Source of the DNA: Candidatus Aminicenantales bacterium
GTDB lineage: Bacteria; Acidobacteriota; Aminicenantia; Aminicenantales; UBA4085
Assembly (NCBI GenBank): GCA_049515535.1
Contig: JBEKTZ010000003.1
Location: 62,001 to 126,000, forward strand
Direction of reading: 5' to 3'
Length of the DNA: 64,000 bases
This document shows positions 18,840-28,753 of this stretch, in pieces. Under the pieces are notes generated by a model. That model had not been told where the DNA came from. It ran no database searches and saw only the letters and a list, made by a program, of their open reading frames with translations. Every line of letters begins with the position of its first letter. The first letter of the stretch is position 1. Both the position numbers and the translations under genes were made by a program.

Positions 18840-20177
18840 ATGAAGAAAAACATCCTTCTGATCAACCCTTGGATCTACGATTTCACGGCTTACGACTTCT
18901 GGCTCAGGCCTCTCGGCCTCCTCTATATCGCTGCGGTCCTGAGAAAACACGCGGATGTCGGCCTCCATTTTGTCGATTGTCTGGACCGGTTTCATCCCGG
19001 TTTGAAAACACGGGCGGCGTCCAAGGCCGACGGCCGCGGACATTATCCCAAAGTGGAAGTGACGAAACCGGAGATCTTAAAGAGCGTCCCCCGAAAATAT
19101 TCCCGCTATGGAATACCCGTGGACTTGTTCCTGGAAGACCTCGATCGAATTCCCGCGCCCGATATGGTCCTGATGACCTGCACCATGACGTATTGGTATC
19201 CCGGAGTCCGGCTTGCCGTCGAACTCGTCCGCGAAAAATTCGGCGCCGTGCCGATCGTTTTGGGCGGAATCTACGCGACGCTGGCCGAAGACCATGCCCG
19301 GCGGCGGTCCGGGGCCGATCGGGTCATCGCCGGTCCGGCGGAAAACAAGATCCTGCCCGCGGCGCGTGATATTCTGGGCGATGGATTCGCCGGCGAGGCC
19401 GAATTTCCGTCATTGGAATCTCTGCCCCGCCCGGCGTTCGACCTGCTTCGCGATCGACATCACCTTCCGCTTCTGACGTCGCGCGGCTGTCCCTTCACCT
19501 GCGCGTTTTGCGCCGGCCCGTTGCTCTATGACGGCTTCGAACAGCGGGACCCGGAGGGCGTCGTCACGGAAATCCGGGACCTCGTCGATCGTCACGGCGC
19601 GCGCGATATCGTTTTTTACGACGACGCTCTTCTTCTCGGGCGCGAAACCCACATCGTCCCGATTCTGGAAGGCGTAGCCCGGCTGAGGCTGCCGGTATCC
19701 TTCCACACGCCCAACGGCCTTCATATCCGGGAAATCGACGCCGGCCTGGCCCGGCTCTTTCGGAAAGCCGGCGTCAGGTCGATTTATCTCAGCCAGGAAT
19801 CCGCGGACGAGAACGTGATCCGGGAATCCTGTCCGAAGGTCGAGGCGGGAGATCTGGAAAAGGCGGTCGGACATCTCGAAAAAGCCGGTTACGGACGCGA
19901 GGATATCCACGTCTACCTGATCGCGGGCCTCCCGAACCAGGATATCGCGAGCGTCAAAGAAAGCGTTCTGTTCGTCCGGCGTCTCGGCGTCCGCCCGCGC
20001 ATGGCGTATTTCTCGCCGATCCCGGGGACCCGCGTCTGGCGCGAGCTCGTCGCCCAAGGCAAGCTTGACGCGGATGCCGATCCGCTCATTTACAATAAGA
20101 TGGTTTTTCCGTACCTCTGGGGCGACTTCTCTCCGGAGGATTATCGGGACCTGCAGGACCTGTTGAATGAACCATAG
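18840..20177 (+). CDS. B12-binding-domain radical SAM protein
   Basis: N-terminal ILLINP..PLGLLYIAA, LGGIYAT; SRGCPFTCAFC; start ATG 18840. Confidence 0.88.
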   Translation: MKKNILLINPWIYDFTAYDFWLRPLGLLYIAAVLRKHADVGLHFVDCLDRFHPGLKTRAASKADGRGHYPKVEVTKPEILKSVPRKYSRYGIPVDLFLEDLDRIPAPDMVLMTCTMTYWYPGVRLAVELVREKFGAVPIVLGGIYATLAEDHARRRSGADRVIAGPAENKILPAARDILGDGFAGEAEFPSLESLPRPAFDLLRDRHHLPLLTSRGCPFTCAFCAGPLLYDGFEQRDPEGVVTEIRDLVDRHGARDIVFYDDALLLGRETHIVPILEGVARLRLPVSFHTPNGLHIREIDAGLARLFRKAGVRSIYLSQESADENVIRESCPKVEAGDLEKAVGHLEKAGYGREDIHVYLIAGLPNQDIASVKESVLFVRRLGVRPRMAYFSPIPGTRVWRELVAQGKLDADADPLIYNKMVFPYLWGDFSPEDYRDLQDLLNEP

Positions 20178-20302
20178 GGCGATGAGGATCATTTGTCTCC
20201 ATGAGAAAAATCTGATATTTTGTGAGCGAAGAAGCCGGCTTTTTTGGCCGGCGACGGGCAGGAGGACGGAATGAAAAAACCGGCTTTCGGCGTGACGCCG
20301 TC

Positions 20303-21337
20303 ATGACAAAGGAACCCTTCGGCCATCTTCCCGACGGCTCCGCCGTCGAAATCTTCACCTTGAAGAATGACGGGGGCCTCAAGGCGCGCCTCATGACCTA
20401 CGGCGCGATCCTCGTCTCGCTCGAAGTCCCCGGCCGCGATGGCCGGCCCGGCGATGTCGTCCTCGGCTACGACACGCTCGACGGATACGTCAAGAACAAT
20501 CCTTATTTCGGGGCGATCGTCGGCCGCTACGGCAACCGGATCGCAAAGGGCCTCTTCACGCTGGACGGCGCCGCGTATAAGCTGGCGGTGAACAACGGCG
20601 AAAACCACCTCCACGGCGGCGTCAGAGGATTCGACAAGGTCGTCTGGGCCGCTGAGCCGGTGAAGGAAACGGGCGCGGTCGGGGTGAAATTCACTTATCT
20701 CAGCAAGGACGGCGAGGAGGGCTATCCCGGCAACCTGGCCTGCGCGGTCACCTATAGGCTCACGAACGACAATGAACTGAAGATAAGCTACGAGGCGACC
20801 ACGGACAAATCCACGCCCGTCAACTTAACTCATCACAGCTATTGGAACCTGGCCGGGCAGGGGAACGGCGATATCCTTCGCCACGAACTCGGGCTCAATG
20901 CCGATCGATATACGCCCGTGGACAAGGGCCTGATCCCAACCGGTGAGCTCGTCCCGGTCAAGGGGACGCCCATGGATTTCACGACGCCGACGGCCATCGG
21001 CCGGCGAATCGCCCAGGTTGAAGGCGGCTATGACCACAATTACGTCTTGAACCGGACCGGCGAGGAATTGTCCCCGGCCGCGCGACTCTATGATCCTCAA
21101 AGCGGCCGAACGATGGAGATCTCGACGACCGAGCCGGGGATCCAGTTCTACAGCGGCAATTTCCTGGACGGCACGATCACGGGCAAATCCGGAAAAGTCT
21201 ATCAAAAACATTATGGCCTGTGTCTGGAGACGCAGCATTTCCCCGATTCGCCGAACAAACTGAATTTCCCATCGACGATCTTGAAGCCGGGCAGGGTTTA
21301 TAAGAGCCTGACCGTCCACAAGTTTTCGACGCGGTGA
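20303..21337 (+). CDS. galM: Aldose 1-epimerase (galactose mutarotase)
   Basis: GRYGNRI, HLHGG, NLTHHSYWNL, GYDHNY, CLETQHFPDSPN. Confidence 0.94.
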   Translation: MTKEPFGHLPDGSAVEIFTLKNDGGLKARLMTYGAILVSLEVPGRDGRPGDVVLGYDTLDGYVKNNPYFGAIVGRYGNRIAKGLFTLDGAAYKLAVNNGENHLHGGVRGFDKVVWAAEPVKETGAVGVKFTYLSKDGEEGYPGNLACAVTYRLTNDNELKISYEATTDKSTPVNLTHHSYWNLAGQGNGDILRHELGLNADRYTPVDKGLIPTGELVPVKGTPMDFTTPTAIGRRIAQVEGGYDHNYVLNRTGEELSPAARLYDPQSGRTMEISTTEPGIQFYSGNFLDGTITGKSGKVYQKHYGLCLETQHFPDSPNKLNFPSTILKPGRVYKSLTVHKFSTR

Positions 21338-21402
21338 CATCAAGGGAGATATCCGCGCCGCGCGGCCTTCTTTTTTTTGGGGAGGACGCGCAAGGAGGAC
21401 CC

Positions 21403-22614
21403 ATGAAGCGAAAAATTCTCATCATCGTCTCGATCGTTCTATTGGCCGGGGCCGTCTGGGCACAGGAAAAGCCGGTGACGATCAAGGCCGGACTCGTTCT
21501 AGACGGCAAGGGCGGCGCGATGCGGAATGCGATCATCAAAGTGCAGGGCGGACACATCATCGCTATCGCTCCGGCCGGCGGCCCGGCGGATTATGACTTG
21601 GACGGATTGACCGTGATGCCGGGGATGATCGATACCCACGTCCATCTCACCTGGCATTTCGGCAAGGACGGCCGGTACGCGACGCGGGACGAAAATGCCG
21701 GCCAGACGATGCTCTATACCCTGGAAAACGCCTATAGCATCCTTATGGCCGGTTTCACCACAGTCCAGAGCGTCGGCGACATCCGGGAAAAGGACCTCCG
21801 TGACCTGATCGCCAAGGGCACGCTTCCAGGCCCGCGCGTGCTGACGTCTCTGACGGCCATTACCTCGGCGTCCATGACGCCCGACGAGATGCGCGATCAC
21901 GTCCGTAAAATGGCGGACGGAGGCGCCGACCTCATCAAGATCTTCGCTTCAAAGAGCATCCGGGACGGCGGCGGCCGGACGTTGAGCGACGAGCAAATCC
22001 AAGCCGCGATCGGCGAAGCCCGGGCGCGCGGCCTGCGGACCGTCATCCACGCTTACGGCGACGACAGCATCAAAGCTTGCGTGGAAGCGGGCTGCACCTC
22101 GATCGAACACGGCAGCCTTGTCTCGGACGACGTCCTGCGGCTGCTGGCCGAGCGCGGCGTCTATTTCGATCCCAACATCGGCCTGGTCATTCAGAATTAT
22201 ATCGCCCACAAAGCCCAGTACCTGGGGATCGGCAATTACACGGAAGAAGGTTTCGCCCAAATGGAAAAGGTCATTCCGATCAACCTGGACATGTTCAAGC
22301 GCGCGCTGAAGATCAAGGGACTCAAGATCGTCTTCGGGACCGACGCCGTGGCCGGCGCCCACGGCCGGAACGCCGAAGAAGCGATTTATCGCGTTCAAAA
22401 AGGCGGGCAGGATCCGATGGAGGCCATCATCTCCATGACGTCGCTCGCCGCGCAGGCGCTCGGCCTGGGAACGAAGATCGGGACGCTGGCGCCCGGCATG
22501 GAGGCCGACATCGTCGCCGTGGCCGGCGATCCGCTGAAGGACATCGCGGCCCTCCGCCGCGTGACGTTCGTCATGAAGAGCGGGACGATTTACAAGAATA
22601 TCAAGGCCGATTAG
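21403..22614 (+). CDS. Secreted amidohydrolase (Xaa-Pro dipeptidase-like group)
   Basis: Signal peptide; PGMIDTHVH, GADLIK, HA, IEHG, FGTDA. Confidence 0.88.
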   Translation: MKRKILIIVSIVLLAGAVWAQEKPVTIKAGLVLDGKGGAMRNAIIKVQGGHIIAIAPAGGPADYDLDGLTVMPGMIDTHVHLTWHFGKDGRYATRDENAGQTMLYTLENAYSILMAGFTTVQSVGDIREKDLRDLIAKGTLPGPRVLTSLTAITSASMTPDEMRDHVRKMADGGADLIKIFASKSIRDGGGRTLSDEQIQAAIGEARARGLRTVIHAYGDDSIKACVEAGCTSIEHGSLVSDDVLRLLAERGVYFDPNIGLVIQNYIAHKAQYLGIGNYTEEGFAQMEKVIPINLDMFKRALKIKGLKIVFGTDAVAGAHGRNAEEAIYRVQKGGQDPMEAIISMTSLAAQALGLGTKIGTLAPGMEADIVAVAGDPLKDIAALRRVTFVMKSGTIYKNIKAD

Positions 22615-23767
22615 CCGCGTCGTTTTTCTTTTTCCAGGCTTCCGCGAGCTTCCCCATCCGCGCGTCGGCGTGGGCGAAGAACATTTTATATCCCTCGCAG
22701 AAATGGTTGAGGCCGCGGTCGCGCGGGTCGCGAAGCCGGTCTTTGGGGCAGCCCCCGCGGCAGAGGCGAAGCCAGACGCACGCCCCGCAGGCGTCCGGCA
22801 GGCCGCCTTTCATCCGGCCGAATTCAGTCTGGCGGGCCGAGTTCAGCATATGGCCGAGCTTGCCGCGCATGACGTTGCCGAGTTTCCAGCGTTCCTCGAC
22901 GAAGAAATCGCAGGCAAAGACGTCGCCGTTGTGCTCGACGACGAGATAGTTTCCGCACTCCGGAAGGAGATCGCATTCGGGGGGCTCCCGGTCCACATAG
23001 CGATAGAAAAGGGAGTCGAAATAGCGGATGAACGTGGTCGGCTCGCCGTCTTTGAAGTCGTCGAGCCAGCGATCGAAGACGGCGCACAGGAATTTCCCGA
23101 AATCCGGCCCCGTCGCGGAGAACGGAGCCGCCCGCCCGGGGTCTCGCGGATCGGGCTCGACGCAGGGGATGAACTGCATGTGGTCGAGGCCCAGCGACTT
23201 GTGAAAATCGTAGATTTCGGCGGGGAAGCGCGCGGAATAATCGTTGACGACGACCAGGGCGTTGACCGCGACCTCCGAATCGAGGAGAAGCCTGGCCGCG
23301 TCCACGGTTTTTCGCCAGGTCTTCCGCCCCCCGGCAAGATGCCGGTAGCGGTCGTGGACGTGTTCCGGGCCGTCGAGCGAGAGTCCGACGAGAAAGCGGT
23401 ACTCCCGTAATAAATCCGCCCACGCTTCATCGATCAGGAGGCCGTTCGTCTGGAGCCCGTTGGCGACGCTTTTACCGCGGCCGTGCCGGACCTCGAGCGC
23501 GATGGCCTTCCGGAAAAAATCGAGCCCCATGAGTGTCGGTTCGCCGCCCTGCCAGCCGAAGGAAACGGCGGGAACGGGCTGACCCAAGACCTGGCGCACG
23601 ATCTCTTCCAGAATTTCTTCGTTCATCCTGTGGGCCGGAGCGCCGGGAAAAAGAGCGCTTTTTTCGCGATAAAAACAATAGTCGCAGGCCATGCCGCAGT
23701 CGGGCCCGGCCGGCTTGACGAGAATGGAATTCAGGGTTTTTTTCTTGGGAATGCCCGGCTTCTTCAT
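22601..23767 (-). CDS. Anaerobic sulfatase maturase (radical SAM/SPASM)
   Basis: KP.GPDCGMACDYCFY, WQGGEPTL, NGDVFACDFFV, C..C.W...CRGGCPK. Confidence 0.9.
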   Translation of the reverse strand: MKKPGIPKKKTLNSILVKPAGPDCGMACDYCFYREKSALFPGAPAHRMNEEILEEIVRQVLGQPVPAVSFGWQGGEPTLMGLDFFRKAIALEVRHGRGKSVANGLQTNGLLIDEAWADLLREYRFLVGLSLDGPEHVHDRYRHLAGGRKTWRKTVDAARLLLDSEVAVNALVVVNDYSARFPAEIYDFHKSLGLDHMQFIPCVEPDPRDPGRAAPFSATGPDFGKFLCAVFDRWLDDFKDGEPTTFIRYFDSLFYRYVDREPPECDLLPECGNYLVVEHNGDVFACDFFVEERWKLGNVMRGKLGHMLNSARQTEFGRMKGGLPDACGACVWLRLCRGGCPKDRLRDPRDRGLNHFCEGYKMFFAHADARMGKLAEAWKKKNDAANRP

Positions 23768-23895
23768 TTTGAAGATTGGCCGGCCGCATGCCGGCCGGGG
23801 ACAAGTCTAGCAATCCTCCGCGGGGAATGCAATGGACGCCGGGACGGCCGGAAATCAAGTATGAATTCCGGTCATGTTTTTTGAAAAATTCCTTA

Positions 23896-23927
23896 TTGCA
23901 AAGTATTCTGATATGTGATATATTACA
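23896..23927 (+). promoter_or_regulatory. Putative promoter and overlapping operator of the GRE operon
   Basis: TTGCAA-N17-TATATT with the near-palindrome TGTGATATATTACA (23914-23927) over the -10 box. Confidence 0.5.
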
Positions 23928-23948
23928 GTCCATTCAGGAACGAGATAA

Positions 23949-24854
23949 ATGCTCAAGGGCTTGATATTCGACATCAAACGTTTTGCCGTCCATGACGGCC
24001 CGGGCATCCGGACGACTATTTTTTTCAAAGGCTGTCCGCTTCATTGCCGCTGGTGTCATAATCCGGAAGGAATCGGCAAAGCGTGCGAGCTCATGGCCCG
24101 GTCGTCCCGCTGCGCCCGCTGTTACTCCTGCCTACCCGCTTGTCCGCTCGGCGCCATATCCCATAATTCCGGCCCTGTCGCCGTCGACCGCGCTCAATGT
24201 GATCTCTGCGGCAGGTGCGTCCAGGCCTGTATGTACGATGCGCTGGAGATGGCGGGGCGCGTCGTCACCATCGAGGACATCGTCGCGGAAGTCGAAAAGG
24301 ACCGCATTTTTTTTGAGCAATCCGAGGGGGGCATCACGCTCTCCGGGGGAGAGCCTCTCGTCCAGTCCGAATTCTGCCGCGGCCTCCTTGAGGCATTGAA
24401 CAAGAGATCCCTCCCCGCCGCTCTCGATACTTCGGGCTTCGCGTCCTGGGAGACGCTCTGGACCTGCGCTTCCCGCGCCGACCTCATCCTCTATGACCTG
24501 AAGATGATGGACGATAAGAAACATTTGTCTCATACGGGCGTTTCGAACCGGTCCATCCTCGAAAATCTGAAAAAACTCGCCGCCGCGAAAAAGAACGTCG
24601 CCGTCCGCATTCCGCTCATGGCCGGCCTCAACGATGACGAGGAGAATCTGGGCCGGACCATCGATTTCCTGCGGCGTCTCCCGTCCGTCAAAACGGTCGG
24701 CTTGCTGCGTTACCACAAAGGCGGCCTGGAAAAAGCCAGGAATTTGGGCCTGGGAAAAAGCTTTCGTGTCTTCGAGCCTCCCTCCGACGCACGGATGGAG
24801 GAGATCCGGCGGACATTCACGGAAGCCGGATTCGTCGTCAACATCGGAGGATGA
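23949..24854 (+). CDS. Glycyl-radical enzyme activating enzyme with ferredoxin insert
   Basis: HDGPGIRT.FFKGCPLHCRWCHNPE; two CxxCxxCxxxC; GITLSGGEP. Confidence 0.95.
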   Translation: MLKGLIFDIKRFAVHDGPGIRTTIFFKGCPLHCRWCHNPEGIGKACELMARSSRCARCYSCLPACPLGAISHNSGPVAVDRAQCDLCGRCVQACMYDALEMAGRVVTIEDIVAEVEKDRIFFEQSEGGITLSGGEPLVQSEFCRGLLEALNKRSLPAALDTSGFASWETLWTCASRADLILYDLKMMDDKKHLSHTGVSNRSILENLKKLAAAKKNVAVRIPLMAGLNDDEENLGRTIDFLRRLPSVKTVGLLRYHKGGLEKARNLGLGKSFRVFEPPSDARMEEIRRTFTEAGFVVNIGG

Positions 24855-24857
24855 ACC

Positions 24858-27221
24858 ATGAATGACCGAGTGAAAAAATTGCGCGAACAGAGCCTGAACG
24901 CGATTCCGTCGATCACCGCCGAGAGGGCGAAGCTGATCACGGAATTTTATAAAAGCCCGGAGGCCTGCCGGATGTCGTACGCGATGCAGCACGCCATGGC
25001 CTTCAAGCATATCCTGGAGAACAAGGCGATTGGCATCAACGCCGGCGAGCTCATCGTCGGGGAGCGCGGCCCGGCTCCCAAGTCGACTCCGACCTACCCG
25101 GAAGTCACCTGCCACAGCGTCCGGGACCTCGAGATCCTAGATTCCCGGCCCAAGACCTGGTTCAAATCGGACGCGAAAACCAGAAAGACTTATAAGGACG
25201 AGATCATTCCCTTTTGGCGGGGGCGCTCGATGCGCGACCGGATGTTCGCCGAACTGCCCGAGGAATGGAAGGACGCTTATGAAGCCGGCATCTTCACCGA
25301 ATTCATGGAGCAGCGCGCGCCCGGCCACACCGTGCTCGACGACAAGATCTACAAGAAAGGGATGCTCGATTTCATCGCCGACATCGACGCGGCCATCGCC
25401 GGACTCGATTTTCTGAACGACCCCGAAGCCACCGACAAGCGCGAAGAGCTGCGGGCGATGCGCGTCGCGGCCGAGGCGATCATCGGCTACGCCCGGCGCC
25501 ATGCGGAGAAAGCCCTCGAGCTGGCCGCCAAGGAAAGGAACGCCGTCCGGAAGCGCGAACTCAAAAAGATCGCGGGCGTCTGCTCCCGGGTTCCGGCTCA
25601 CGCGCCGCGAGATTTTTGGGAAGCCCTCCAGAGTTACTGGTTTATCCATCTCGGCGTCATCATCGAATACAATACTTGGGATTCGTTCAACCCCGGCCAC
25701 CTCGACCAGCACCTCTGGCCGTTTTATGAGAAGGGCCTGAAGACCGGAGCGCTGACGAAGGAGATCGCCAAAGAGCTTCTCCAGTGCTTTTGGATCAAAT
25801 TCAACAACCAACCCGCGCCGCCCAAAGTCGGCGTCACGGCCGAAGAAAGCGGCACCTACACCGACTTCGCCCTGATCAACGTCGGAGGGCTCAAAGCCGA
25901 CGGCTCGGACGCGGTGAACGAGCTGTCGTTCCTGATCCTCGATGTCGTCGAGGAAATGCGCATTCTCCAGCCGAGCTCCATGGTCCAGATCTCGAGCAAG
26001 GGGCCGGACGAGTTTCTCCGTCGCGCCCTCAAGATCATCAAGACCGGCTTCGGACAGCCCTCGATCTTCAACATCGACGCGATCGTCAAGGAACTCGTCC
26101 GGCAGGGCAAATCCGTCGAGGACGCGCGAAACGGCGGGGCCAGCGGATGCGTTGAATCGGGCGCGTTCGGCAAGGAAAATTACACCCTGACGGGCTATTT
26201 CAATATGCCCAAGGTCTTCGAGATCACGCTCCACAACGGCGTCGACCCGCGGACCGGAAAAACGATCGGGATCGAAACCGGAGATCCGACGAAGTTCAAG
26301 GCGTTCGACGAGCTGTTCGCCGCCTTCCGGAAGCAGCTCGGGCATTTCGTGGACATCAAGATCGCGGGCAACAATATCATCGAGCGGCTTTACGCCACGG
26401 TTCTGCCGGCGCCGTTCCTGTCTATCCTCATCAGCGATTGCATCGCCAAGGCCAAGGACTATCACGCCGGCGGCGCGCGCTACAATACGAGCTACATCCA
26501 GGGCGTCGGGCTCGGCTCTATGACCGATATCCTCACCTCGATCAAATATAACGTCTACGACCAGAAGACGGTGACGATGCAAGGCCTGCTCGCGGCGCTC
26601 GACAAGAATTTCGAAGGCCAGGAAATCCTGCGCCGGCGGCTCCTCAACAAGACGCCGAAATACGGCAACGACGACGACTACGCCGACGATATCATGAAGG
26701 CCGTCTTCGAAACCTATTTCCGGGCCATCGACGGCCGGCCCAATGCCAAGGGCGGAAAATACCGGATCAACCTGCTCCCGACCACCGTCCACATCTATTT
26801 CGGGAAGATGATGGGCGCGTCCGCCGACGGCCGGAAAGCCGGCGAGCCCCTTTCCGAAGGCATCTCGCCCGTCCAGGGCTCGGACCGCCAAGGGCCGACG
26901 GCCGTCCTTAAATCGGCCGGCAAAATGGACCATGTCCGGACCGGGGGGACCCTCCTCAACCAGAAATTCGCGCCCGCCCTCGTGGCCGACGATGAAGGGA
27001 TCAGGAATTTGGGGCATTTGGTGCGGTCCTATTTCAAAATGGACGGCCACCACATCCAATTCAACGTGGTGACGGCCGACACATTGCGGGAAGCCCAGAA
27101 ACATCCGGAGAAATACCGCGATCTGATCGTGCGCGTGGCGGGTTACAGCGATTACTTCGTCGATTGCGGCACGGAACTGCAGGACGAGATCATCCGCCGG
27201 ACGGAACATCGGGAATTTTAG
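24858..27221 (+). CDS. hypD: Glycyl radical enzyme, trans-4-hydroxy-L-proline dehydratase-like
   Basis: SGCVE Cys loop, RVAGYS Gly loop; HypD-like EFMEQRAPGH, PPKVGVT.EESGTYTDF, PTT.H.YFG. Confidence 0.85.
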   Translation: MNDRVKKLREQSLNAIPSITAERAKLITEFYKSPEACRMSYAMQHAMAFKHILENKAIGINAGELIVGERGPAPKSTPTYPEVTCHSVRDLEILDSRPKTWFKSDAKTRKTYKDEIIPFWRGRSMRDRMFAELPEEWKDAYEAGIFTEFMEQRAPGHTVLDDKIYKKGMLDFIADIDAAIAGLDFLNDPEATDKREELRAMRVAAEAIIGYARRHAEKALELAAKERNAVRKRELKKIAGVCSRVPAHAPRDFWEALQSYWFIHLGVIIEYNTWDSFNPGHLDQHLWPFYEKGLKTGALTKEIAKELLQCFWIKFNNQPAPPKVGVTAEESGTYTDFALINVGGLKADGSDAVNELSFLILDVVEEMRILQPSSMVQISSKGPDEFLRRALKIIKTGFGQPSIFNIDAIVKELVRQGKSVEDARNGGASGCVESGAFGKENYTLTGYFNMPKVFEITLHNGVDPRTGKTIGIETGDPTKFKAFDELFAAFRKQLGHFVDIKIAGNNIIERLYATVLPAPFLSILISDCIAKAKDYHAGGARYNTSYIQGVGLGSMTDILTSIKYNVYDQKTVTMQGLLAALDKNFEGQEILRRRLLNKTPKYGNDDDYADDIMKAVFETYFRAIDGRPNAKGGKYRINLLPTTVHIYFGKMMGASADGRKAGEPLSEGISPVQGSDRQGPTAVLKSAGKMDHVRTGGTLLNQKFAPALVADDEGIRNLGHLVRSYFKMDGHHIQFNVVTADTLREAQKHPEKYRDLIVRVAGYSDYFVDCGTELQDEIIRRTEHREF

Positions 27222-27235
27222 TCAAGGAGGTCGCC

Positions 27236-28732
27236 ATGGCGGACCTGAAATCCCATCGGCGATCGCCCGAAGCGTGGCTTCTCGTGGTCGTCGTTTCTTT
27301 GAGCCTATCCGCGGGCGCGGGGCAGGCCGCGTCCGTTACGGCTCAATCCAAAAGCGTCGATCCGGCGTCCGGGCCGCCCCGGATCGGCCTGAATTTCATC
27401 CGGTTTTTCTGGTCGGAAAGCCGCGATGGAAGGCTGAACACGACGACTCCTTATTTTCAGCCGGACTCGATCTTTCGCGACTTCGCCGATCTCGGCGTTC
27501 AGGCCTTCCGCCAGTTCGTCAGAGCCGACCTGCTGTGGAATGCCGTCGAGCCTAACCCCGGCCGATGGAATTGGGAAGCCGCCGACGCCGTCATCAAGAC
27601 GACCACATTCGAGCCGATCGTTACGCTGTTCAGCATGCAGTACGCCTCGCCGACGCCGCCCTGGGCGAGGCGGCCCGAGGAGTTCCAGAGGACCCTCGGG
27701 CCCGAAGCCCTGGATTATTTGGAGACCGTCGTGCGCCGCTATGCGCCTTATGTCAAATACTGGGAGATCGGCAACGAAATGGACCACTGGCGGATCTCCG
27801 ACCCGAACGACAAGGGGCCGGCGGGCGCGCGCGCCGGAGCCGTTCCGGCGGCGAAGCCGGCGCGAGCCGGCCTGCCGCCCCGGAGCGGTCAACTCCAGCA
27901 GGGCGGCCAGAACATCCGCGAGCAGATGGCCGAACGCCTGCCGGACGCTTTTCCGGACTCGCAGTACACGCCCCAGGAACAGGGGCGGTTCCTGGCCCAG
28001 GCCGCGGCCATCATCCGCAAGAACGATCCGGACGCGGTGATCGTCCTGCCCGGCGTCAGCGCGCCCGACGAATACTGCGCCGAAACTTGGCTCCGCGGCG
28101 TCATCGAGGGCGGCGGGAAGGACTGGTTCGATATCGTCAATTATCATTATTACCCATCTTGGGAACGGTATTCGTTCATGCGCGAACAATTCGCGGCATC
28201 GCTCAAACGGATGGGACTGGACGGCAAACCCGTTTGGCTGACCGAGACCGGGGCGACCTCGAGCGCGACGCTGACCCTCCGGACGAACTACCCAAACAGC
28301 GCGACCTCTCAGGCCGCCGACGTCTTCCGCCGCATCGTCCAGGCCTTCGGCCACGGCGACGCGTTCGTCGCCTGGCATACCTATATCGGATCGTCCGAGA
28401 CGGCCGGGAATTGGCGGGCTTACGGGATTCGGGCGGCGACGGGCGAAGCCAAACCGGCCCTTGCCGCGTTCAGGCTCCTGACCCACGAGCTCATCCCGTT
28501 CGCCCGGGTGGAAAAGATTTCCGCCGACGCGCGGGGCGTCAACGCTTATAAAGCGGTCCTCAAGGATGGCGGCGTCAAATACGTCGTCTGGGGTCAGGGG
28601 AGCTTCAAGGTCCCAGCCGGCGTGACGCAAATGACGGCGGCCGCTCCCGACGCCGCTGGGAATTTCGAATGGAAACCCGCCGTCTCCCAGGCTTCGCTGA
28701 CCTTGTCTTCGATTCCCACGTTATTGAAGTGA
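27236..28732 (+). CDS. Secreted clan GH-A glycoside hydrolase (GH39/GH5-like)
   Basis: Signal peptide; acid/base WEIGNE, NYHYY, nucleophile WLTETG; start ATG 27236 with AGGAGG RBS. Confidence 0.72.
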   Translation: MADLKSHRRSPEAWLLVVVVSLSLSAGAGQAASVTAQSKSVDPASGPPRIGLNFIRFFWSESRDGRLNTTTPYFQPDSIFRDFADLGVQAFRQFVRADLLWNAVEPNPGRWNWEAADAVIKTTTFEPIVTLFSMQYASPTPPWARRPEEFQRTLGPEALDYLETVVRRYAPYVKYWEIGNEMDHWRISDPNDKGPAGARAGAVPAAKPARAGLPPRSGQLQQGGQNIREQMAERLPDAFPDSQYTPQEQGRFLAQAAAIIRKNDPDAVIVLPGVSAPDEYCAETWLRGVIEGGGKDWFDIVNYHYYPSWERYSFMREQFAASLKRMGLDGKPVWLTETGATSSATLTLRTNYPNSATSQAADVFRRIVQAFGHGDAFVAWHTYIGSSETAGNWRAYGIRAATGEAKPALAAFRLLTHELIPFARVEKISADARGVNAYKAVLKDGGVKYVVWGQGSFKVPAGVTQMTAAAPDAAGNFEWKPAVSQASLTLSSIPTLLK

Positions 28733-28753
28733 ATCCGTCCGGAGAAAGAACGC

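Noticed and set aside
22601..23767. RiPP maturase (radical SAM/SPASM)
   Set aside because: Motifs fit anaerobic sulfatase maturase and no precursor peptide is evident; its sulfatase is probably elsewhere
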